Sequence record: OP729297.1
DNA length: 64,000 nt
Reading direction: 5' to 3' (one strand)
The first letter of the stretch is position 1, and each line of letters opens with the position of its first letter. Position numbers and translations under genes: made by a program. The notes beneath the pieces were generated by a model, which had not been told where the DNA came from, did not search any database, and saw nothing but the letters and a program-made list of their open reading frames with translations. Positions 8,626 to 16,669 of the stretch are shown here, in pieces.

Positions 8626-9093
8626 TTAGCTACGCTTCTCCAACACCTTGCGATCTTCTTCAATGAAGCGCAGAGTAATTGGAGGGCGTCCTGGGTGCTG
8701 AATGATCTGATTGAGATATTCAGCCTGACTGTCTTTCGCGTGTTTCAGCAACGTGACGTGCGGGCGATACGGCGTGTGCGAAAACTTCGCTGCACCACAT
8801 GCGTGAATGCGCTCATGCTCCGCACACAGGTCAGGTGATTCGAGAACGAGAACCAGAATCTTATCTTGACCTTCGCCGAACAGTTCAGCAGAAGCGACGG
8901 TAGCGAAGAACTCACCAGCATCGTTTTGCTCAGCCTGAACGTCAGGATTGGTTTCATCATAAGCCAGAGTAACGTGCAATTCTTCTGGCACATCATCGCT
9001 ATCACGGTCGATGCCGATAGCAGCACCGAGTTTCAGCAGCATCTCCTCTGAATCATAGTCAGGGAAGACGCGCCACAGGCCACCTTTAACCAT
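8626..9093 (-). CDS. 2H phosphoesterase, anti-CBASS Acb1 (T4 gp57B)-like (155 aa)
   Basis: Two HxT motifs (LHVTLAY, PHVTLL), LVLVLESPDL, and size and layout like T4 57B as recalled; ATG 9093 with GAGG RBS. Confidence 0.8.
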   Translation of the reverse strand: MVKGGLWRVFPDYDSEEMLLKLGAAIGIDRDSDDVPEELHVTLAYDETNPDVQAEQNDAGEFFATVASAELFGEGQDKILVLVLESPDLCAEHERIHACGAAKFSHTPYRPHVTLLKHAKDSQAEYLNQIIQHPGRPPITLRFIEEDRKVLEKRS

Positions 9094-9610
9094 TTTGAGT
9101 TTCCTCTTTGGGCAAGTGGAAGCAGCCAGCCTGCTGCAATTGACCGCACTTATCGCAGTGGAACATACCGATTGGTTTACCGTGCAGTAATTCAGGATGA
9201 CCTTTGCACACGAAGTCCTGATTGCGATAAATACGCAACAGCGCACCAGTGACTTTATTGTCCACAGAGATGTATTGGCCAGTAAGATGGCAGTCACTTT
9301 CCCGTGCGCGTGTCTGATACTTGGCGACTATCTCACGGACAGTTTCATCCAGAGTATCGGCATCGTAATCTTTGGTCACAGGATTATCTGCGGTCTCTGC
9401 AATCAGAACATCCAGAACGACGATAGGCGACACAACACCAGTAAGGTTTGAGTAGCTCAGGCTGCGTTTGGTTTCTTCAAACAAAGTAACCGTAGGTATC
9501 TGAGAAGCCGTGCTCGCTGTGGTCAACACGTTAATCAAAGATTCTTCGTAGACAGCGCTACCGAAGTCTTCCCAGTCTTTTTGGTTGTCGAACTGAATAG
9601 CATCAGACAT
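9086..9610 (-). CDS. hypothetical protein (174 aa), C-terminal Cys/His cluster
   Basis: ORF overlapping neighbours in operon fashion; HCDKCG..GCFH. Confidence 0.7.
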   Translation of the reverse strand: MSDAIQFDNQKDWEDFGSAVYEESLINVLTTASTASQIPTVTLFEETKRSLSYSNLTGVVSPIVVLDVLIAETADNPVTKDYDADTLDETVREIVAKYQTRARESDCHLTGQYISVDNKVTGALLRIYRNQDFVCKGHPELLHGKPIGMFHCDKCGQLQQAGCFHLPKEETQNG

Positions 9611-10337
9611 TTGCTTTTTGTCCTTTAGCGTTCGGGATAGGCCATGCCGCGTAAATCACGTTACGGCATTCAGCCACCAGCGGGAATAATACAGACACAC
9701 CATAGTCGCGCAACGACACATGAATATCCAGCGTGTCGCTGTACGTTTTCAACATCGCTTCCATCAAATGATTGACCAAAACGTTATGCGTAGTCGTAAA
9801 CGCTAGTGGGCTTTCATTAAAGGTGTTCGTAGGATGATCAAACGCTGGTGCAGGCGCAGGTAGCCAGCAGTCCGTTTGCTCACGCGCGTACTGATCAAAA
9901 CACACCATAGACAGGAAGGCCTGAACTTGGTCTGCCGTGTACTTGAGGAAGCGCGATGCAAACTCTTTCTCATGCTCGCCAGGAAGACGCTCAGGAACTG
10001 CGGGCGTCAGAGTTTCCTGCTTGGCTTTGTACGGGTTACCACGCGACAGATCTTCACGATATTGCGCAACGTACTGACCAAAGAGAGAACGGAAGCGATA
10101 GAGAATACCCTGAATAGGAAATTCCAAATCAGTGCGGCTGATTGCATTGTCGAATGCCAGCTCGATGCTCTCCGCCAATGAGTGCAGACGTCGCTCATTG
10201 ATTGGTTGATTGTATGGCGCCTCAGGAGGCACAACACAAAGAGAACTGCCGAATTGAATGTGAACCATATTCTCCGCATAGAAGCGACAATGGTCCAGAG
10301 CGGCCACAAGGCCAACGAGATTGTTCATCATGATCAC
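9603..10337 (-). CDS. hypothetical protein (244 aa)
   Basis: Long ORF in operon; exact start among clustered Met codons uncertain. Confidence 0.7.
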   Translation of the reverse strand: MIMMNNLVGLVAALDHCRFYAENMVHIQFGSSLCVVPPEAPYNQPINERRLHSLAESIELAFDNAISRTDLEFPIQGILYRFRSLFGQYVAQYREDLSRGNPYKAKQETLTPAVPERLPGEHEKEFASRFLKYTADQVQAFLSMVCFDQYAREQTDCWLPAPAPAFDHPTNTFNESPLAFTTTHNVLVNHLMEAMLKTYSDTLDIHVSLRDYGVSVLFPLVAECRNVIYAAWPIPNAKGQKANV

Positions 10338-10549
10338 TCGTCTAAAGTGCAGTCACATGGCTTATTGATGTTTTCTGCAAATGGTGAAGGCTCAGATACT
10401 TTCCCGCACTTAACGCAGGTGCGTACCCAGCCCATTGGAGTTAAACGCGCAGCGCTTAACGTATCGTCCTCTTCGACTTCGACTTGAGGAGCAGAAGCGC
10501 CGTGATAGCTAATGCGTGTGCTACGACGGCCGCAACCTGAACACGCCAT
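10334..10549 (-). CDS. small Cys-rich putative Zn-binding protein (71 aa)
   Basis: CSGC, CVKC and CDC motifs; start overlaps the upstream stop. Confidence 0.65.
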   Translation of the reverse strand: MACSGCGRRSTRISYHGASAPQVEVEEDDTLSAARLTPMGWVRTCVKCGKVSEPSPFAENINKPCDCTLDE

Positions 10550-10980
10550 TAGGAGGACACCGTTCTCAGCACAATACCAGGAACGTCTTCAAACGAAGGC
10601 TCGACAGCAGTGATAATGATCTTATCAATCTGTTCATCGGTCATGCCTTTAGCTCGAAGACCTGGTCGCATCCAGTCAGGCACAGAGCACGGTTCGAACT
10701 CCTTGACTGGTTCCTGTCTGGCAATCATCTCACGCCAGCGCTGGACAGACCCGAGAATGCTGCTGGCTTTTACCTCAGAAAAATCGAATGATGTAGGAGC
10801 GGCAGCAGGGGTACCAGCCATCTTCTCAAACATCTCACCGCATGTCTTGTTGATCTCACGCAGCAACATGTTCTGCATCACTTTGCCAAACGCGCTTTCT
10901 TCTGCATGTCCGTGAACGATGTGCGGACCAAAGTGCAACGACACACTATTGATTGCAGGATTAAATTTCTGCTTCTGCAT
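10549..10980 (-). CDS. hypothetical protein (143 aa)
   Basis: Start moved to ATG 10980 (GGAGG RBS). Confidence 0.65.
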   Translation of the reverse strand: MQKQKFNPAINSVSLHFGPHIVHGHAEESAFGKVMQNMLLREINKTCGEMFEKMAGTPAAAPTSFDFSEVKASSILGSVQRWREMIARQEPVKEFEPCSVPDWMRPGLRAKGMTDEQIDKIIITAVEPSFEDVPGIVLRTVSS

Positions 10981-11242
10981 CTTCGCCTCCGATTTGCAAA
11001 CGAGCAGGACGACTGACGATAGGACCTTTGAACATGTCCATGTGACGCTGCACGATTTCATCCACAGTGATAGACGCACCAGCAGGTACTTCAATCAGCA
11101 TCTCACCGCAGTTCTCAACTACAGTACAACCAGCAGCGATCAGTTCACCATTCAGTTCTGCAACACGACGGTGCATCTCTGTAATCGAGTGGATGATTGG
11201 CTGGCTGGGCACAACACCCATCGCAGGATTTTTAAAGAACAT
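10961..11242 (-). CDS. hypothetical protein (93 aa)
   Basis: Start moved to ATG 11242 (GGAGA RBS). Confidence 0.6.
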   Translation of the reverse strand: MFFKNPAMGVVPSQPIIHSITEMHRRVAELNGELIAAGCTVVENCGEMLIEVPAGASITVDEIVQRHMDMFKGPIVSRPARLQIGGEDAEAEI

Positions 11243-11247
11243 CGAGA

Positions 11248-11904
11248 TTAATCTCCGTTGCGTTTGACTTGATCGGCTAAAGCCATCAGGTGCTTGCACA
11301 AACCAGGAGCATGTCCTGGGTTAGTGAAGTCAGGTGGCTCACCGTTGCCGTAAATAATTCGCGCACAGCCGTGTTCGGCGTCCGCATACTCCCACATGAA
11401 AACAAAGTTCTCACATGGACAACTGACCAGTACACGCTTTTGTTTTGAAATAGGCTTGAACGGGTCATCCAGACCGATAATCATCGGCTTGTGAATGCGC
11501 ACTGTTTTATTAGGGCGCAGTGGATCTTTGTGTCGCACGTTAGCCATGATCATCGGCAGACCTTTGTTAGTCTTACCGCGTTTCACACCGTTAACGTAAC
11601 ACTCCATCGCGTTCTCTTTCATCAGGCGAGGTGTCGAGCGCATCAGCGCAGTAAGCGACATACCTTTTTCCATCAGAGGAGTCTTCGGTGGCTGAGGTAC
11701 AACTTGCGGCTTGAATGGCTGCAATTGAATTGCGCGTTTCTCACCTTTGGTCATGCGACGAGACTTGGCTGTAGCAGCACTGATCGTTTTAACAGCTTGC
11801 GCGAGCTTACCACGCTTCGCTTGTTTGTGTGCCTTATTCCGAGTCTCGGCCTCTTTGGCGGCTTTCGACTTCTTCGGTTTCTTGGCGAGTGATTTGTACG
11901 CCAT
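11248..11904 (-). CDS. SWIM-type Zn-finger protein with Lys-rich N-terminus (218 aa)
   Basis: VSCPCENF...GLCKHL (CxC...CxH); ATG 11904 with GGAG RBS. Confidence 0.7.
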   Translation of the reverse strand: MAYKSLAKKPKKSKAAKEAETRNKAHKQAKRGKLAQAVKTISAATAKSRRMTKGEKRAIQLQPFKPQVVPQPPKTPLMEKGMSLTALMRSTPRLMKENAMECYVNGVKRGKTNKGLPMIMANVRHKDPLRPNKTVRIHKPMIIGLDDPFKPISKQKRVLVSCPCENFVFMWEYADAEHGCARIIYGNGEPPDFTNPGHAPGLCKHLMALADQVKRNGD

Positions 11905-12349
11905 AATTAACTCCATTAAGCAGATACATTCGCGGCTTACGAATTTGAGTAAGCTGGGTCAGGTTCCGAATGTCATACTGACGACGATACGCGAAGTCAG
12001 GATCATCCTGTGTGAAATAGCGAGTGATTAACGGCTGGAAGTCGCCACTCCTATCTGCTATCACAGGCAACAAATCGAAGTGCAAGGCAGTGCGAGTGAA
12101 TGCACGTAATAACCAACGCGAGTTCACTTCACAGTTTGGATCTTGCAGGGCAGTATAGACTTTCGTAGGCTTCATCTGGAGACAGGCTTTGTTCATCACC
12201 AGATAGTTGTTGCTCTGCTCGATTGTTGCAGCGACTACAGGATAGACCATTCGCTTCATGCACATATAACGAATGGCGATCAGGACTTCGATCATTGCAT
12301 CATGCGTTTTCGGCACATCGACGGGATCGTTATTCGAGGTCCTCGTCAT
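11834..12349 (-). CDS. hypothetical protein (~171 aa, start uncertain)
   Basis: Only ORF filling the 11.9-12.3 kb gap on the coding strand; weak RBS and ~70 nt overlap with the downstream gene. Confidence 0.45.
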   Translation of the reverse strand: MTRTSNNDPVDVPKTHDAMIEVLIAIRYMCMKRMVYPVVAATIEQSNNYLVMNKACLQMKPTKVYTALQDPNCEVNSRWLLRAFTRTALHFDLLPVIADRSGDFQPLITRYFTQDDPDFAYRRQYDIRNLTQLTQIRKPRMYLLNGVNYGVQITRQETEEVESRQRGRDSE

Positions 12350-12806
12350 CAATGCTTTCAGCATCTGCATCCCCGTCATCACCTTCGGATTCATCCGCGT
12401 CAGGGTCTTCTGCGTCTTCTGCGTCAGCATCTCCAGAGGTGTCAGATTTCTTTCCACCTTTCTTAGTCTTAGACTTTCCATCGGAGTCGTCTCCAGTATC
12501 ATCGGAAGCGTCATCTGTTTCATCGTCACCACCATCTGTATCAGTGTCGGTATCAATGTCAGTATCGTCTTCTTCGGGTTTAGTTTCGCCGGATTTCTTG
12601 GCGCCTTTCTTACCCTTTACAGAATCACCGCCACCAGCCTTTTGAGCTAGTTTTTCTTTGTCCTTGGCTTCTTCTGTGAGACGGAGCTTCTTCTCCAATG
12701 AAGCGTAATCGGCCAGGTCAGTGCGTCCAGTTGTGGACTCTGGGCTTGATACGCGAGCGCGGTTCTTGTACGTGCTATCCTGACTAAGGCTTACATAAAT
12801 TTCCAT
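12330..12806 (-). CDS. acidic low-complexity protein with MEIYVSLS leader (158 aa)
   Basis: GAGGT RBS; D/E/T/G-rich C-terminal half. Confidence 0.8.
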   Translation of the reverse strand: MEIYVSLSQDSTYKNRARVSSPESTTGRTDLADYASLEKKLRLTEEAKDKEKLAQKAGGGDSVKGKKGAKKSGETKPEEDDTDIDTDTDTDGGDDETDDASDDTGDDSDGKSKTKKGGKKSDTSGDADAEDAEDPDADESEGDDGDADAESIDDEDLE

Positions 12807-12813
12807 GATTACC

Positions 12814-13224
12814 TCAAGTGTATCGAGAGTTGGGTTCTTTGCCGTCGAGAATATCGGTTAGGATATTTGCTCTGTAGTCCAGTAGCAATCTCTGGCCTTC
12901 GATGTTCTTGTCTTGACTATTAACCAGTTCTTCAAGGCGTCTAATGCGACGCTGAATCTCTGGTGTTGGATGCTTGCGACTGAGTAGAGCCATCTTAACT
13001 ACCAGTTGTTCTCTCATGGTCAAGGCCGATCGCAGGTTATCACAGGTCTGGCTGACCAACATCAGCATTACCAGATACTTACGCGACTGTACTTGATCAG
13101 GTGGCTTTACCTTAGAGAGAATAACGTCGATGCAGCGAGGCACCACATAACCTAGCTGTTCAGTGCGATAGACAGACTCCTTAAGTCGGCGCAATGATCG
13201 TTCATAATCTTTTTGTATGCTCAT
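12814..13224 (-). CDS. hypothetical protein (136 aa)
   Basis: ORF coupled to the upstream nuclease stop. Confidence 0.7.
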   Translation of the reverse strand: MSIQKDYERSLRRLKESVYRTEQLGYVVPRCIDVILSKVKPPDQVQSRKYLVMLMLVSQTCDNLRSALTMREQLVVKMALLSRKHPTPEIQRRIRRLEELVNSQDKNIEGQRLLLDYRANILTDILDGKEPNSRYT

Positions 13225-14306
13225 AGCTCAAATGTTTTTACGATATGCTTCGGACGTTGAGACTTCTGCTTCTTGTCCGGCAGCAGACCTTGTTGTTGAG
13301 TTTTCCGACCCGTACTTACGATTTCCATATATGTCAGGTCAGGGTTGGCCATGATTCGCTGCTCTAACTTCTTCATGAAGTCAATCATGTGTGATTGAAT
13401 AAAGCAATAGTCAACAAAAGGGCATGTGTCATATCCGTGGAACTCGTCCCAATAATACTCAGCGCTCTTGCACGGCTTACGTTTAATAGCTGGCAGCAGA
13501 TCACCCGTGCGCGCCGATTTTACCGCAGCATCCCATGCGCGTATTTGCTCCATCATAAAATCTTTTGCGCGTTTTGACTCTGCCTCGTCAAACACAAAGG
13601 TCTTCTCGACAAACTTTTTAGGGTTGTCACGCGGTACGTACACCAGAGTGTAGTCCACGATGTTGTAGCCATAACGCTTTTTGAGAAGATAGGCGTAGGT
13701 CGCGATCTGAAAGCGATGGTACTTAACAAAGAACGAACCATCTGCGGCCTTAGTGACCATAGTTGATTTCAAATCGATCAGACTGTATGTGCCGTCAAGA
13801 TTATCAATCAGTCCATCGACGTAACCTTTGAGTGACTTGTACAGGACTTTCAATTCTGCATAAGCCATAGGTTGATCGCAAGATGGGCAGCGGTTGTTCG
13901 TGCTTTTAGTTCGCGTGTACTTCCCTTTCTTGTACTTACCGTCAACCATTTTGCCTTTGGTCTTCGGGTACTCTACGCACTTCTCGTTGGTACACTTCCA
14001 GTGACCAACCATCTGACCACTGTGGCCCAGAGCATTCTGCAACGATTCGTGCATCCCTGTCCCTGCTTTCGCAAAGATGTTCAGCAACGTACCAGACTCA
14101 CCAGTCATGCACTTGTTGTGCTTCTGGTAAATCAGCTTGGCCGTTTCTTGAATCGCACAGATAGGAAACATTGAAGGGCTGACACGTTTCTTCGGCCAGC
14201 GCTTCTCTTGGTTCTTTACGTCAAGCGCAGCATCGATCATCTTGCCGATGCGCGACAACACGCGAGTATCATTGACTCGCGCTGGTACGTTTGCGAACGT
14301 TCTCAT
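13221..14306 (-). CDS. Cas4-like PD-(D/E)xK exonuclease with predicted Fe-S cluster
   Basis: N-terminal PICAIQ, GTGMHE, GYVDGL..IDLKST, C-terminal PC..CPFVDYC; extra CxxxxC...CPSC insert; ATG 14306 with GAGGA RBS. Confidence 0.8.
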   Translation of the reverse strand: MRTFANVPARVNDTRVLSRIGKMIDAALDVKNQEKRWPKKRVSPSMFPICAIQETAKLIYQKHNKCMTGESGTLLNIFAKAGTGMHESLQNALGHSGQMVGHWKCTNEKCVEYPKTKGKMVDGKYKKGKYTRTKSTNNRCPSCDQPMAYAELKVLYKSLKGYVDGLIDNLDGTYSLIDLKSTMVTKAADGSFFVKYHRFQIATYAYLLKKRYGYNIVDYTLVYVPRDNPKKFVEKTFVFDEAESKRAKDFMMEQIRAWDAAVKSARTGDLLPAIKRKPCKSAEYYWDEFHGYDTCPFVDYCFIQSHMIDFMKKLEQRIMANPDLTYMEIVSTGRKTQQQGLLPDKKQKSQRPKHIVKTFEL

Positions 14307-14604
14307 AGTCATCCTCGCTTACGGCAATTGTTTGTTCAAAGAAAACGAACTTGTAGTAGCGAGTACCAAACAGGTAACAGCGTACTTCAACACCTTCTTC
14401 CTTGAAAGAATACATCAGGCGCAGACTACTGGTCATTGTCTCAATATCAGTAGCGGCAGGCAAAGTAAGGCCTATCATATCACCCTGATTGTTGAACGCA
14501 CCTAACGTTTGAGGTTCGACTTTGAGTAGATCGCAAAACTGTAGCCAGTGCCGATCATAAAAGCGACGTTCCGCTTTATGTACATAGCGATGTGGATTAC
14601 CCAT
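14269..14604 (-). CDS. hypothetical protein (111 aa)
   Basis: First ORF of the minus-strand operon; short overlap with the nuclease gene. Confidence 0.55.
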   Translation of the reverse strand: MGNPHRYVHKAERRFYDRHWLQFCDLLKVEPQTLGAFNNQGDMIGLTLPAATDIETMTSSLRLMYSFKEEGVEVRCYLFGTRYYKFVFFEQTIAVSEDDYENVRKRTSASQ

Positions 14605-14620
14605 TCTTATTGTCCCTTTT

Positions 14621-14629
14621 CTGTAAATA
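14621..14629 (+). promoter_or_regulatory. class A promoter motif CTGTAAATA
   Basis: 40 nt upstream of the primase start. Confidence 0.6.
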
Positions 14630-14668
14630 TAGCTATATGCGTAAATTACGAAACGAATAGAGGATGGT

Positions 14669-15727
14669 ATGGCAGAAGATGTCCATCAGATAATTCTCGA
14701 TGAAATTGGCAAACTGCCAGGCGAGAAGAAATACAACGGCGACACTGTTATGGTGTGCTGTCCGTTCCACAGCGATAAGACTCCTAGTTGTGGTATTTAC
14801 ACATCTGTAGGGATGGAGATACCGCTCGGATTCTTTCACTGCTTTGGTTGCGGTGAGAAAGGTGGTTGGAACAAACTCGCAGCACACGCGAGACTACAAG
14901 AGATCAAAGGCTGGGCGCTAAAAGATGCTGGCACGAACTCTCTTAGTGCTCTGCTTAAAACGTATGACCAGATAGGCTCGAAGATTGGTACTTACCCATC
15001 AGTTGGTCTGTTGATGAAAGCGCTTGGACGTAAGAGCTACATGGAGTGGCCGCTTGATGTTGAGTGGCGCGGTTATCCTGGAGCGCTTGTTCGTGCTGCT
15101 GGTGGTTTGCTTAACGCACAGCACACAGGGACGAACGTTTGTTTCTTCCCATGCAAACACGGAACGAAATACATAGGTGGTATCGCTGCATATCTGCGTA
15201 AGCAAATGAACGGCACCAGCTATGTGAACTCGCAAGGTGATTGGGCAAAAGACAAAGGCCTGTTCCCACTTCCATTAGTCAAAGAGTGTTTGAAGAAATA
15301 CAAGCTGCGGTACGTTGTGCTGGTGGAAGGTCCTCGTGATGCTCTCGCGCTGTTATCGTATGGTATACCTGCTCTGGCCGTTCTTGGCGCAGAACAGTTT
15401 GGTGAAACGAAACGCAGAACGATTGAGATGCTTGGTGTGAGTGTCGTGTACACCATGACAGATAACGATGGTGGTGGGAAGTTGCTGCGCACCAAGATCA
15501 AGGAAGAGTTTGCGAAGAACTCACCAGTACCAGTCAAACACTTCAAGCTGCCGCGTGAGTTTGATGAAGAAGGTAAACTGATTAAGCTCGACCCAGACAA
15601 CGCACCATTCAAGTTGATCAAAGAAGTTCGCATGACACTGAAAGACATTCACGGCAAGAAGTGCATCATGCCAGCGAAAGCGCTTGGATGGAATCGACCT
15701 AAAGCAATAGAGAAGAAAGGAAAGTAG
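14669..15727 (+). CDS. dnaG: DnaG-type DNA primase
   Basis: CHC2 Zn finger CCPFHSDKTPSC..FHCFGCG; TOPRIM VLVEGPRDALAL and TDNDGGG. Confidence 0.9.
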   Translation: MAEDVHQIILDEIGKLPGEKKYNGDTVMVCCPFHSDKTPSCGIYTSVGMEIPLGFFHCFGCGEKGGWNKLAAHARLQEIKGWALKDAGTNSLSALLKTYDQIGSKIGTYPSVGLLMKALGRKSYMEWPLDVEWRGYPGALVRAAGGLLNAQHTGTNVCFFPCKHGTKYIGGIAAYLRKQMNGTSYVNSQGDWAKDKGLFPLPLVKECLKKYKLRYVVLVEGPRDALALLSYGIPALAVLGAEQFGETKRRTIEMLGVSVVYTMTDNDGGGKLLRTKIKEEFAKNSPVPVKHFKLPREFDEEGKLIKLDPDNAPFKLIKEVRMTLKDIHGKKCIMPAKALGWNRPKAIEKKGK

Positions 15728-15728
15728 A

Positions 15729-15908
15729 ATGGCTTTGAAATTCAGAAAGCAGTTTAAGCAACACTCGATTGAAGATTTACGCAGCCGCAGTATTCGTCGT
15801 ATGCAGCGTCTGATCAACCGCATCAAAGTTGAACCGCGATTGATTAAGCCCGGTGAGTCATCAGCGTTTCTTGATCGTTTACGCGAGCAAACAGAACAGC
15901 AGCAGTAA
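15729..15908 (+). CDS. small basic hypothetical protein (59 aa, MALKFRKQFK...TEQQQ), below track cutoff
   Basis: Hand-translated; ATG 1 nt after the primase stop, ends just before a terminator. Confidence 0.55.
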   Translation: MALKFRKQFKQHSIEDLRSRSIRRMQRLINRIKVEPRLIKPGESSAFLDRLREQTEQQQ

Positions 15909-15949
15909 TAAAAATGGGAGACTCCTTTCGGGGCCTCCCATTTTTTTTT
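15909..15949. terminator. bidirectional intrinsic terminator
   Basis: A-tract, TGGGAG..CTCCCA stem, T9; between convergent genes. Confidence 0.75.
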
Positions 15950-15965
15950 GTCTATGGCTTGTCGA

Positions 15966-16616
15966 TTACGCGTCGTCAAGAGCCTGAACGATCAGTTCAA
16001 CGATTGCTGGACGAGTGATGTGCTCGCGCAGAATGTTGAGTTCAGACACAGGCAGACCGAGACCACGAGACAGGAATTCACGTTCCAGGTTGTCGTCAGA
16101 TTCTTCGCTGTCTTCTTGCGCTCGCATGATGAATGCGTTAACGAACTGGTTGCTGGAGAACTGCTCGCCGCCTTCGAAGATGATTTCTTTCTTACGGGCA
16201 CCACCGCCCAGATCGATAGCTTGCAGTTCGCCAGTTTCTTCACCCAGCTCAGCCGCGATAGCCGCGTTCATCTTGTTCAGGTTACGCATTTCTTTCTGCG
16301 CCAGCTTGCTGCTACGCATGTACTCTTCGGCGCTCTTGGTATCAATGATAACCAAGTGGCCCATACGCAGGGCGCGGCGAAGGTGAGTAGACTGCATCAG
16401 GCTTTCTTTGGTAGCTTGCTGCGTCAGATCGATTGGGATGAAGGTAGCAGGAACCAGAACAGGAACTGGCTGGCCCATGTCGTCTTTCGCGCTGAACATT
16501 ACGTTGCCGCGAGGCTCAGTACGGTTAGCGACGTACATAGGTGCAACGGTGTCTTTGCCGTAGCGCTCGTTATAGGTAGTCAGGGTAATCGGTTGTACAA
16601 GGACTTTATTGCTCAT
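15966..16616 (-). CDS. hypothetical (probable virion) protein, N-domain paralogous to the Ig-repeat protein
   Basis: VANRTEPRGNVMF / PATFIPIDLTQQA match the N-terminus of 16670..18439. Confidence 0.8.
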   Translation of the reverse strand: MSNKVLVQPITLTTYNERYGKDTVAPMYVANRTEPRGNVMFSAKDDMGQPVPVLVPATFIPIDLTQQATKESLMQSTHLRRALRMGHLVIIDTKSAEEYMRSSKLAQKEMRNLNKMNAAIAAELGEETGELQAIDLGGGARKKEIIFEGGEQFSSNQFVNAFIMRAQEDSEESDDNLEREFLSRGLGLPVSELNILREHITRPAIVELIVQALDDA

Positions 16617-16645
16617 GGGTAAATCTCCGAATTTTCAGTTCTATT

Positions 16646-16661
16646 AGGGGCCGAAGCCCCT
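16646..16661 (-). terminator. UUCG hairpin without U-tract (weak terminator or stabiliser)
   Basis: Minus strand AGGGGC-TTCG-GCCCCT. Confidence 0.4.
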
Positions 16662-16669
16662 GTAAAGGA

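Noticed and set aside
13221-14306. CRISPR-Cas locus suggested by the Cas4-like gene
   Set aside because: No repeat-spacer array and no cas1, cas2 or effector genes seen in the window
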